Source: an uncultured Gammaproteobacteria bacterium (lineage in GTDB: Bacteria; Patescibacteriota; Patescibacteriia; Patescibacteriales; UBA12465). Taken from it: a stretch of DNA of 61,321 nt. The DNA lies in contig CAZAAD010000005.1 in NCBI GenBank assembly GCA_964483295.1, forward strand, positions 1 to 61,321, written 5' to 3'. Positions 29,207-37,871 of this stretch are shown here, one piece after another; the stretch's first letter is position 1, and each line of letters starts with the position of its first letter. The position numbers and the translations under genes were made by a program. Below the pieces are notes generated by a model. That model was not told the origin of the DNA. It searched no databases and worked only from the letters and a program-made list of their open reading frames with translations.

Positions 29207-30344
29207 AACTTAATTTAGTGTGTTTGCTTATATTAACGAGAATTCCCATCGCAATCAAGGCCGACATTAAAGCCGAGCCGCCGGCAGAAACAAAGGGTAA
29301 AGGCACGCCGGTCATGGGAATTAAATTAATCATGCCGCCGATATTTAAAAATGTTTGAATGGCTAACCAGGCGACAATGCCAGTAGCCAAGGCACTGCCA
29401 TATAAATCAGGGGCAGCGCGGGCAATTAAGAGACCGCGATAGAAAATAAAAAGATATAGTAATAGCAATAAGGTGCTAAAGATAAAACCAATTTCCTCGG
29501 CAGCAATGGAAAAAATAGAGTCTCCCCAGACTTCTGGTAAATACATAAATTTCTGCCGGCTCTGACCAAGGCCGCGACCGAACCAGCCGCCCGAACCAAC
29601 GGCAATCAGTGATTGGTTTATTTGATAACACTTATCTTGAGTACTAAAACTGGGATCCTTCAAACACTTAAAGCGATCACTTTGATAAGCTGAGCCGACA
29701 TTCAAAATTAATAACAGACCAATCACACCAAGTGCTCCAGCCAACAATAAGTGCTGCAACTTACCGCCACCCACAAAGAAAACAATAACCGCTGAAGAAA
29801 CAATGATAAACAAAGTTCCTAGGTCTGGTTGAGCATACATCAAAACGCCAATAATAGCCAAAACAATTAAAAACGGAAAAGTACCGCTCGCAAAATTGCC
29901 TAAATCTTCTTTTTTAGCCTCTAACCAAGTCGCTAAATATATTAAAAATGACAATTTTACCAACTCTGAAGGTTGAAAAGATTGACCAAAAATATTAATC
30001 CAACTGCGCGCCGTGCCGTGTTCAGCCTGAAGCCCAGGAATAAAAACCATGACTAGCAATAAGATTGAAGCAATTAAAAAGAAAAAGGCGTATTTTTTCC
30101 AGACACGATAATTAATACGATAAGCCACAAAAAAACCAACTAGACCGACAGCTAGACCAAAAATTTGACTCTGAAAATAATGATAAGTATTACCAAACCG
30201 AGCGTAGGAAACAACCGAAGAGGCGCTAAAAAGTAAAACCAAGCCGGCGGCAATCAGCATAAACATGGCCGTCATTAAACTTTTATCAGCTTCATGAGAC
30301 TGAGAAGAATTGCTTGGTTTTTTTACCCAGCGCACTACGTTCAT
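29193..30344 (-). CDS. ftsW: SEDS peptidoglycan polymerase FtsW
   Basis: FQPSELVK, QPDLGT, GGWFGRG, GVPLPFVSAGG; dcw position. Confidence 0.93.
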   Translation of the reverse strand: MNVVRWVKKPSNSSQSHEADKSLMTAMFMLIAAGLVLLFSASSVVSYARFGNTYHYFQSQIFGLAVGLVGFFVAYRINYRVWKKYAFFFLIASILLLVMVFIPGLQAEHGTARSWINIFGQSFQPSELVKLSFLIYLATWLEAKKEDLGNFASGTFPFLIVLAIIGVLMYAQPDLGTLFIIVSSAVIVFFVGGGKLQHLLLAGALGVIGLLLILNVGSAYQSDRFKCLKDPSFSTQDKCYQINQSLIAVGSGGWFGRGLGQSRQKFMYLPEVWGDSIFSIAAEEIGFIFSTLLLLLYLFIFYRGLLIARAAPDLYGSALATGIVAWLAIQTFLNIGGMINLIPMTGVPLPFVSAGGSALMSALIAMGILVNISKHTKLSYAKR

Positions 30345-31387
30345 ATTTTAACGTCTAACAAGAAAATCATCAGACCAATGGCGGCGCCGATTGCGGCAAT
30401 GACCCAAAAACGCATCACCACTTTCGCTTCCGGCCAGCCAATCGCTTGAAAATGATGATGGATAGGCGTAGAGATAAAAATCTTTTTCTTACGCGTCCGT
30501 TTAGAAATAGTCTGAACAATCACGGAAAGCGATTCAATCAAGAAGATTAAACCGATAAAAATCAAGAGGAAGGCATTATTAGTCAGCATCGCAATGATGC
30601 CCAGGGTTACTCCCAAACTCATCGCGCCAGTATCTCCCATATAAAAACGGGCGGGCGGAATATTAAACCATAAGAAGGATAAAAGTGCACCGATAATCAC
30701 CGCACAAAAAGTAGCTAAGTCATAACGGCCTAAAACAAAGGAGATAATACCATAAGAAGCAAAGGCGATTAATAGAGTTCCGCCAGCTAAACCATCAAGG
30801 CCGTCCGTTTCGTTAACAGAAAAAGAAGTGGCCACAATAATAAAGATAAAAATTGGAATATACCAAGCACCAATTTCAAAGTTACCAAAAAATGGGACAT
30901 GGATAATTGTCCAATCAAGCTTGAAATAAAACCAGAGCGCACTAATTAAGGCAATGAGCGCATAGATCAATAAGCGGTGCCTTAACTTAAGGCCGCCACC
31001 ACCAAAAACACCACGCCCTCTAATATCAAGCCAGTCATCAAATAAACCAATTAAAGCAGCCGCCACTAAAGCACCCAAAGGCAACAAGGTTTCACCGCGC
31101 GAGAGAAAGTTAAAGTACTGAAAAACATCGCCCGGAAAAAAATTAGCCAACAGGTAAAAGAACCCCATCAGGACAACAACTGTCCCCCAAATCAAGATTC
31201 CGCCCATTGTCGGCGTCCCAGCTTTATGGGCATGTAATTCACTAAAGACTGGCGTCGCGCCGCTATTGCGAATTTTTTTGCCTAACTTGTACTTATAAAG
31301 AAAATGCGTGAGCAGGGGCGCGGATAAAATAGCAAAAATAAAAGATAAGGTAGAAAGAAATAGGATGCGAATAATTTGAAATTCCAT
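30341..31387 (-). CDS. mraY: Phospho-N-acetylmuramoyl-pentapeptide transferase
   Basis: KAGTPTMGG, GLFDD, NETDGLDGL, MGDTG, PIHHHF. Confidence 0.97.
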   Translation of the reverse strand: MEFQIIRILFLSTLSFIFAILSAPLLTHFLYKYKLGKKIRNSGATPVFSELHAHKAGTPTMGGILIWGTVVVLMGFFYLLANFFPGDVFQYFNFLSRGETLLPLGALVAAALIGLFDDWLDIRGRGVFGGGGLKLRHRLLIYALIALISALWFYFKLDWTIIHVPFFGNFEIGAWYIPIFIFIIVATSFSVNETDGLDGLAGGTLLIAFASYGIISFVLGRYDLATFCAVIIGALLSFLWFNIPPARFYMGDTGAMSLGVTLGIIAMLTNNAFLLIFIGLIFLIESLSVIVQTISKRTRKKKIFISTPIHHHFQAIGWPEAKVVMRFWVIAAIGAAIGLMIFLLDVKI

Positions 31388-31398
31388 AATTGATTGAT

Positions 31399-31812
31399 TT
31401 AACGGAAATTAACTGTATGGATAGATAACAGCGCTAAACTTAAAAAAATACCACAAACAATCGCCGCTAGGAGCAACATATGTAAAAGTGGACGAAAATA
31501 TTTACGATTAATAAAAATAGCAGCTAAAATAATATTTAAAAGCGCTAACAATAATCCAGCTACGGGATAGTAAAAAATCTTCTGTGGTGCGCCAATCAAA
31601 TCAACCCCGAAATCAATATTATAATGCAGAATCAGTAAGTCGCCGCTCACTTTTTGGCGGATACCAATTGCCTGCCACCAAATTAGCGCCTGCAACAAGG
31701 CTATCAGGATAAGATATATCCGAACTGGCGCTGTTTGCCACAGGGTTGTTAGCAGACCCATGAACCGCTGAACGGCTGTATAGGCCCGAGCATAAAGATT
31801 AAAATAAGCCAT
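31399..31812 (-). CDS. Hypothetical 3-TM membrane protein heading the dcw operon
   Basis: Hydrophobic ORF ending 11 bp before mraY; LHYNIDFGVDLIG loop. Confidence 0.75.
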   Translation of the reverse strand: MAYFNLYARAYTAVQRFMGLLTTLWQTAPVRIYLILIALLQALIWWQAIGIRQKVSGDLLILHYNIDFGVDLIGAPQKIFYYPVAGLLLALLNIILAAIFINRKYFRPLLHMLLLAAIVCGIFLSLALLSIHTVNFR

Positions 31813-31895
31813 AGAAAAAAAGCCAATAACACGTATTTTGATTATAGTCTAACATATTTTTAAAATAATATAAAATGTGCTAAAATAATAGCATT

Positions 31896-32939
31896 ATGAC
31901 GACAAAATCCTTAAATCGCCTCTTGAGCTTTGCTGCCCAGGAAAAGGCGGAAAAACTAGTAATTAACGGCTATAAACAAGAAATTGCCTGTCGCTGTTAC
32001 CTACCCCTAGGTGAGGAAGCTCATTTTCGCCTCCCTAAAAGCCTAGAAGAGGACCTATCTTCCAGTTTACGCCGCTTACTCAAGCTTGCACCCGACGCAT
32101 TGACTTCGGGACGCTATTTTAAAATTCGTAGTAATGATTGTCGCCTAGACTTCCACCTCAGCATCCTGTCCGGAAAAACTGGAGAAAAAATTGTGATTGA
32201 TATTGTGCGCAAGCAAACTAGAGATTTAAGCATTGGTCGCCTAGGTTTACAAAAAGAAGATAAAAAGAATTTACAAAAAGCACTGGCAGCAAAAAGTGGC
32301 TTAATAATTATCAGCTCCCCGGAAAAACAAGGACGGACAACTACGCTAGCGGCTTGCTTACGCGAACTTGATAAAGACAAGCGCTCAGTTTATTTGCTTA
32401 CAAAAAATTCTGATATCAATATCAGCGGTGTTGTTTGCCTCGGAGACTCTCCAGAAATTTGGGATAAGGTCACAAAACACGATTCTGATGTTATTGCCAC
32501 TGACGACTGTACGAGCGAAGCTCTTGGTAGTGCTATCTTGGCAGCCGCTACCGGTCGCTTAGTTTTAGTCACAATGACAGCTGATACTTCTTGGGAAACC
32601 TTATACAAACTACTAACTTTGGGTTTGCCAAGCACATTAATTACTGCTAATCTAAAGCTCATCAGTGAGCAAAGACTGGCTGATTTAAAGCGTACTCCGA
32701 GTGCCAAGCGTTCGGCTGTCAGATTAAGGAAAGAAGTTAACCCCGATTATTTGCGCCAAAAAATAGGTGTTTTTGAAACAGTTGTTTTTACGCCAACGAT
32801 GCGAAACTTTATCAAAGAGCAAACCGGCAATTGGCAGCAAAGCGAATTCTGGTCACAGTTACTTAAAATGGCTGTCGCTAACGGTTATAAAACCTGGCAA
32901 GACGATAACGCTAAAAAGAAACGCGAGGGCCTAATCTAG
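31896..32939 (+). CDS. PilB/GspE-like secretion ATPase homologue with degenerate catalytic motifs
   Basis: Family scaffold retained (LGL, GLIIIS, TTTL, DVI, AAATGRLVL, QRL, GVFE) but Walker A/B and the Asp/His boxes are altered. Confidence 0.8.
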   Translation: MTTKSLNRLLSFAAQEKAEKLVINGYKQEIACRCYLPLGEEAHFRLPKSLEEDLSSSLRRLLKLAPDALTSGRYFKIRSNDCRLDFHLSILSGKTGEKIVIDIVRKQTRDLSIGRLGLQKEDKKNLQKALAAKSGLIIISSPEKQGRTTTLAACLRELDKDKRSVYLLTKNSDINISGVVCLGDSPEIWDKVTKHDSDVIATDDCTSEALGSAILAAATGRLVLVTMTADTSWETLYKLLTLGLPSTLITANLKLISEQRLADLKRTPSAKRSAVRLRKEVNPDYLRQKIGVFETVVFTPTMRNFIKEQTGNWQQSEFWSQLLKMAVANGYKTWQDDNAKKKREGLI

Positions 32940-32941
32940 TT

Positions 32942-33604
32942 ATGAAAAAAATCTGCGTCATTCCTGCTTATAATGAAGCTCAAAATATTAACGAGGTAAT
33001 TAACCGCGTTCGTCCTTTTGTTGATGAAATCGTCGTGGTTGATGATTATTCTAAAGACGCAACCGCAACCCTTGCTCGCCAAGCTGGCGCAACCGTTCTC
33101 CGTCATCCGATAAACCGTGGTCAAGGGGCTGCCTTGCAGACTGGCAATGACTATGCCCTACTCGCCGGCGCTGATATTATCATCCATTTTGATGCCGATA
33201 ACCAATTTCAGGCCGAGGAGATTCCTGAGCTAGTGAAACCGATTGAAGATGGCCAGGCCGAAGCCGTCCTAGGCTCAAGATTTATGGATAAAGAATCAAA
33301 TCTGCCAGCCTTGAAACGTAACCTTATCATGCCCCTTGCCAGACTGATTAATCGCTTATTTTTTAACATCAGGCTAACTGATCCGCAAAGTGGCTTCCGG
33401 GTCCTGACTCGCCAAGCTGCTGAAAAAATACGTATCAAGAATGACGGCATGGCGCACTGCAGCGAAATCTTGCATCAGTTATTTTCCAAAAATATAAAAG
33501 TAGTTGAAGTGCCGATTACCGTTGTCTACCATGAATTTGGCCAAAAATTTTCCGGCGGAGTTAGAATTATTAAAGATATGGCCATTAAAAAAATAATAAA
33601 ATAA
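32942..33604 (+). CDS. Glycosyltransferase family 2, polyprenol-phosphate sugar synthase-like
   Basis: IPAYNE, VVDDYSKD, NRGQG, DAD, LTDPQSGFR. Confidence 0.93.
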   Translation: MKKICVIPAYNEAQNINEVINRVRPFVDEIVVVDDYSKDATATLARQAGATVLRHPINRGQGAALQTGNDYALLAGADIIIHFDADNQFQAEEIPELVKPIEDGQAEAVLGSRFMDKESNLPALKRNLIMPLARLINRLFFNIRLTDPQSGFRVLTRQAAEKIRIKNDGMAHCSEILHQLFSKNIKVVEVPITVVYHEFGQKFSGGVRIIKDMAIKKIIK

Positions 33605-33632
33605 AAAAGGTCTCCTGTAACAGAGACCTTTT
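33603..33632. terminator. Bidirectional intrinsic terminator
   Basis: AAAAAAGGTCTC-CTGTAACA-GAGACCTTTT. Confidence 0.8.
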
Positions 33633-33665
33633 GCAGCAGAACAGCACTTTAAGCATTTAATACAT

Positions 33666-34157
33666 TTAGCTCGCCAACATTGGTAACAATAACTTTTCTA
33701 CGGCGATTGCACCGAGACCCGTCACTACTACCTTAGTAGCTAAACCATAAGTGATTAAACTATGAGCTTCGGGTACTAATTTATTCACACCCTTAGACCC
33801 ATCAACGCTAACTTGAATCATTCTGATTGTGTTAACCACGCTGATAATAACAAACAGCGCAAAAGCCGCCAACCCGAACCATAAAGAATAAGCTTCAATT
33901 CCCTTGAGTTCCCAAAGGAAGTAGCCGACAACCGCCAGGACTAAAGCGTCAAAGGAAAAAGATAAAAATCTTTTTTCCTCACCGCTTAAATAAATCATCA
34001 CGGCTATCAAAAAAACAGCAACGGTCAAGATGGGGGCAAGAGTATCGCCGCCCATGTTGGTTTCAAACGATTTTAGGGCAAATCTAATTAGGAAAAACCC
34101 TAACAGGAAAAGGAGGCTCGCTAGAATCTCCCGTCCTAATAACTTTCTTTCTTTCAT
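33666..34157 (-). CDS. Hypothetical membrane protein, 4-5 TM
   Basis: Hydrophobic 163-aa ORF with an upstream TTGACG-17-TAAATT and a downstream terminator. Confidence 0.7.
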   Translation of the reverse strand: MKERKLLGREILASLLFLLGFFLIRFALKSFETNMGGDTLAPILTVAVFLIAVMIYLSGEEKRFLSFSFDALVLAVVGYFLWELKGIEAYSLWFGLAAFALFVIISVVNTIRMIQVSVDGSKGVNKLVPEAHSLITYGLATKVVVTGLGAIAVEKLLLPMLAS

Positions 34158-34280
34158 TGTTATATATTTGTTAAGTTACTATATACAGAATCTGTCCACG
34201 CTTTCGGACAAATCATTACAATTTATCATTATAGAATAAAAACGTCAATAGTTAATAATAGCCAATAAATAAGCAAATAT

Positions 34281-34616
34281 ATGATACAACAACTCATCGC
34301 CCTAGTTCTCATTGCCATTTTTATCTGGCGTCTATCGGAACAAAACCGTAGTAAAAAAATTGGTCGCAACGAATTCATCTTCTGGCTAACCTTTTGGCTA
34401 CTAGCGGCGACAGCGGTAATTTTTATCCGCCAGATAGATGGCTTTGTCACCGCCCTCGGCTTCTCTTCCGGAATCAATCTCCTGCTCTACCTCACGGTAA
34501 TGTTTCTGTTCTACCTAGTTCTGAAATTACGATTATCGCTAGCCAAGCTTGATGCTAATCTCACGGAAATAGCTCGAACCATCGCTTTAAAAAATAATGA
34601 TGGGATTAAAAAATAG
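34281..34616 (+). CDS. DUF2304-like small membrane protein
   Basis: 111 aa, 3 TM, FWL.FW...LGFSSGINLLLY...L..LAR pattern typical next to GT2 genes. Confidence 0.75.
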   Translation: MIQQLIALVLIAIFIWRLSEQNRSKKIGRNEFIFWLTFWLLAATAVIFIRQIDGFVTALGFSSGINLLLYLTVMFLFYLVLKLRLSLAKLDANLTEIARTIALKNNDGIKK

Positions 34617-34622
34617 ACTGCT

Positions 34623-35753
34623 ATGAAAATTGCTCAGCTGGTCTGTGCCTTTCCGCCCTATGCGGGCGGGATTGGTAATAGTGCCAAGCGTTTAGAAGAA
34701 ATTGTTTCCCGGAAACATGAAGTTACAACTTTTCACCCGGACAATACCAAGCCTTTAATCAGGCGCGGACATGGTGCTTTTATACCACAGCTTCTTTGGC
34801 GCTTAAGAAAATTTGAGACTATTTATCTGCACTATCCATTTTTTGGCACAGCAGAAATAGTCTGGCTTTTTTCCTTGTTCAATAAAAACAAACGTTTAAT
34901 CATCCATTACCATATGGATGTGAAAAATATTTCTCGGCTAACTCAAATTCTCAGCTTACCGAGTTTAATAATCAGAAAATCTTTACTGCGCCGCGCTGAT
35001 ACCATTGTCACCGCGAGCTTAGACTATATTAAAAATAGTCAAATCAGTAATTTCTACGCCAAGCACCCTGATAAATTTAAAGAAATACCTTTTGGGGTTG
35101 ATTTAATCAAATTCAAGCCCAAGGAAGTAAACCTGCCTAGCCAAACTAATATCATTGCCAAGGCTAAAGATTTGGTGCGCCGCGTCAACGATTTATTTAT
35201 TAAAAAAGATAAATTAGAATTAATTTTTGTCGGCGGACTAGATAGCGCCCACTATTTTAAGGGGGTGGAAATTTTAATCAAAGCATTGTCAATTATTAAT
35301 CATAAAAATTGGCATTTAAAAATTGTTGGCGATGGCGACCGGCGTCCATCTTATGAAAATCTAGCAGCCGAGTTAAATATTAATAATCATATTGAATTTA
35401 CCGGTAAGCTCTCGGATGAAGATATGATTAGAGCCTTGCAATCTGCCGATGCGCTTGTTTTACCATCTATTAACAATAACGAAGCTTTCGGCTTAGTACT
35501 AATTGAAGCTTTAGCTTGTGGTCTGCCTGTCATCGCTTCCGACTTGCCAGGCGTACGCCGTGTTTTTCAAGAAGGACAAGAAGGTTTGCTAGCACGCCCG
35601 GGAGAAATTTCTGACTTAGCGGAAAAAATAGATTACTTAGCGGCTAACCCAAAAAAAAGACAAGAACTAGCTAAGGCAGCTCGCCGACTAGCCGAAAGAA
35701 AATATAGCTTAGAAAAAATGGAAAAAGCCTATGAAGATTTGCTTGCTCAATAA
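34623..35753 (+). CDS. Glycosyltransferase family 4
   Basis: HYFKGV and EAFGLVLIEALACGLPVIASD. Confidence 0.93.
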   Translation: MKIAQLVCAFPPYAGGIGNSAKRLEEIVSRKHEVTTFHPDNTKPLIRRGHGAFIPQLLWRLRKFETIYLHYPFFGTAEIVWLFSLFNKNKRLIIHYHMDVKNISRLTQILSLPSLIIRKSLLRRADTIVTASLDYIKNSQISNFYAKHPDKFKEIPFGVDLIKFKPKEVNLPSQTNIIAKAKDLVRRVNDLFIKKDKLELIFVGGLDSAHYFKGVEILIKALSIINHKNWHLKIVGDGDRRPSYENLAAELNINNHIEFTGKLSDEDMIRALQSADALVLPSINNNEAFGLVLIEALACGLPVIASDLPGVRRVFQEGQEGLLARPGEISDLAEKIDYLAANPKKRQELAKAARRLAERKYSLEKMEKAYEDLLAQ

Positions 35754-36786
35754 TCTCTATTTCCCCTACAACCGCGGCGGAGCAGAAAAAGTAGTCGCTA
35801 CTATGGCGGCGGATTTTAGAAAAGCCGGCGAGCAGGTTCTTATTATTTCCACTAAGCCTTCTAAATCAGAACTTGCTTCCCAGGAAATACCCGATAATAT
35901 TTACCTGCCCTCTAATTTTTATAATCTAGGCAAACGCTCGTGGCTTTGGCGCCTCGCTTGGCATTTACTAGATACTTTTTCTTGCCACCAAGCAAACAAG
36001 CTGACTAAAATTTTTCAACAAGAAAAACCCGACCTAATTATTTCCCACAATCTCATGGGTCTAGGGCTAAAGTCAGTTCGCGCAATTAAAAAAAGTGGCG
36101 CTAAGCACTACCATTTTCTCCATGATATTCAGCTCCTCCATCCTTCCGGACTCATGATTTACGGACAAGAAAAAATCCTGACTACTTTAGGGGCAAAAAT
36201 ATATCAATACCTAACCCGTTCCCTAATCGGCTCCCCGGAATTAGTTCAGTCCCCTTCAAACTGGCTGCTGCAAGAACACTTGCAGCGCGGCTTTTTTTCT
36301 AAATCAAAGACGGAAATCAAAAAACTAGCCGAATTAAAATCAGACGCGGGGACTGATTTAACAATCACTAGAAATAAACCGGCCAAAAAATTACTCTTCG
36401 TTGGCCAAATTGAAGAGCATAAAGGTATTATTTTTTTGGTTAAGGCTTTCCAAAAATTAGCCGACCAGGGAATGACTTTAAAAATTGCTGGCACGGGTAC
36501 AAAATTAAACGAAGTTCAAGACTTAGTTAAGGCTGATAAGCGTATTACTTTTTTAGGGTTAGCCAGTAAAGACGAGATAAAAAAAATAATGGAAGAGGCG
36601 GACGCTTTGCTTGTCCCTTCGCTTTGCTATGAAAACTCACCTAATGTTATCTATGAAGCTAACGCTCTTGACCTACCAGTAATCGCAGCTAACTTAGGCG
36701 GCATTCCAGAAATAATCACCGAGAGTAGCCGCTTATTTACACCTAATGATGCGGTTGATTTATTTAAAAAAATAAATAGCTTATAA
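35731..36786 (+). CDS. Glycosyltransferase family 4
   Basis: GGAE, HKG, ENSPNVIYEA, PVIAANLGGIPE. Confidence 0.92.
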   Translation: MKICLLNNLYFPYNRGGAEKVVATMAADFRKAGEQVLIISTKPSKSELASQEIPDNIYLPSNFYNLGKRSWLWRLAWHLLDTFSCHQANKLTKIFQQEKPDLIISHNLMGLGLKSVRAIKKSGAKHYHFLHDIQLLHPSGLMIYGQEKILTTLGAKIYQYLTRSLIGSPELVQSPSNWLLQEHLQRGFFSKSKTEIKKLAELKSDAGTDLTITRNKPAKKLLFVGQIEEHKGIIFLVKAFQKLADQGMTLKIAGTGTKLNEVQDLVKADKRITFLGLASKDEIKKIMEEADALLVPSLCYENSPNVIYEANALDLPVIAANLGGIPEIITESSRLFTPNDAVDLFKKINSL

Positions 36787-36797
36787 TTTTTGTAACC

Positions 36798-36828
36798 AAA
36801 AAAGACCGCGCATCCGCGGTCTTTTTTT
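36798..36828. terminator. Bidirectional intrinsic terminator
   Basis: AAAAAAGACCGCG-CATC-CGCGGTCTTTTTTT. Confidence 0.88.
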
Positions 36829-36843
36829 ATCTACCCGACTAAT

Positions 36844-37866
36844 TTACATCTGGAAACTTTGCAATTTCTTATGGGCCTGGATATCAAAGATAGTTTTCTT
36901 GAGGCCGTTTTCTAAAGTAACTACCGGCATCCAGCTCAGTTCATTTCTGGCCAACTTAATATCCGGTAGCATTAGCTCGCTTAAAAACAATAAATTTTCA
37001 GCATAAGAGATTGGCGAAGAAGAGCCCGTTTCTTGAATAATAATTTTCACTACGTCAGACAAACGGACATCAATATCAGAACCAACATTAACCGGTCCTG
37101 CTAATTCCGAGTTCATAATTTTTTGCACAGCATCAAGCACGTCTTCAATATAGCAAAATGATGAAGAAAAGTTCTCATCACCATTTATAATAATCTCTTT
37201 TCCTTCCAGGGCATTATTAATAAAGTCAGGAATCATCTGATCATCGTCTGATTGCATGCGCGGACCATAGGCTCTAAATAGGCGAATAATCTTAGTGTCA
37301 ATGCCGAACATGGAACGATAAGCAGAGACGACCGTCTCGGCAAAGCGCTTGCCCTCATCATAAACGGCGCGCTCCGAAAGATTATCAACTAAACCTAAAT
37401 CGCTTTCCTTAGCTTTAAAATTAGGATTATCAGCATGACGCGGGCCGTAAACAACTGAAGAAGAAAAGTGCATAAACTTAGACCCGTAGCGAACCGCGAT
37501 ATCCAATAAATTTTTAACAGCAGCCGAATTAGCCTCAATCGTCGCTAACCGATTTTCCAAAAAATTACGCGGCGACATCGGGCAGGCTAAATTATATATT
37601 TCCTGAATTCCCTGAAATTCAATCTTGAATTTTTTCAGTTCCGGCAAAAATTCTAAATCAATTGGCCGAGAAATATCATAATTAATAAAGACGAAATTAG
37701 GATTGGCTAATAAATGATCAATGTTGCGCTCCGTGCCGGAAATAAAATTATCAACACAAATCACTTTGCAGTCCTTAATTAACTGGTCGCACAAATGAGA
37801 ACCGATAAAACCAGCTCCGCCGGCGACTAATACATTTTTCTTGTCAAAAATTACCTGTTTTGGCAT
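36844..37866 (-). CDS. NAD-dependent epimerase/dehydratase, UDP-glucuronate decarboxylase-like
   Basis: GGAGFIGSH, NLACP, YDEGKR, YGPRM. Confidence 0.88.
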   Translation of the reverse strand: MPKQVIFDKKNVLVAGGAGFIGSHLCDQLIKDCKVICVDNFISGTERNIDHLLANPNFVFINYDISRPIDLEFLPELKKFKIEFQGIQEIYNLACPMSPRNFLENRLATIEANSAAVKNLLDIAVRYGSKFMHFSSSVVYGPRHADNPNFKAKESDLGLVDNLSERAVYDEGKRFAETVVSAYRSMFGIDTKIIRLFRAYGPRMQSDDDQMIPDFINNALEGKEIIINGDENFSSSFCYIEDVLDAVQKIMNSELAGPVNVGSDIDVRLSDVVKIIIQETGSSSPISYAENLLFLSELMLPDIKLARNELSWMPVVTLENGLKKTIFDIQAHKKLQSFQM

Positions 37867-37871
37867 ATACT

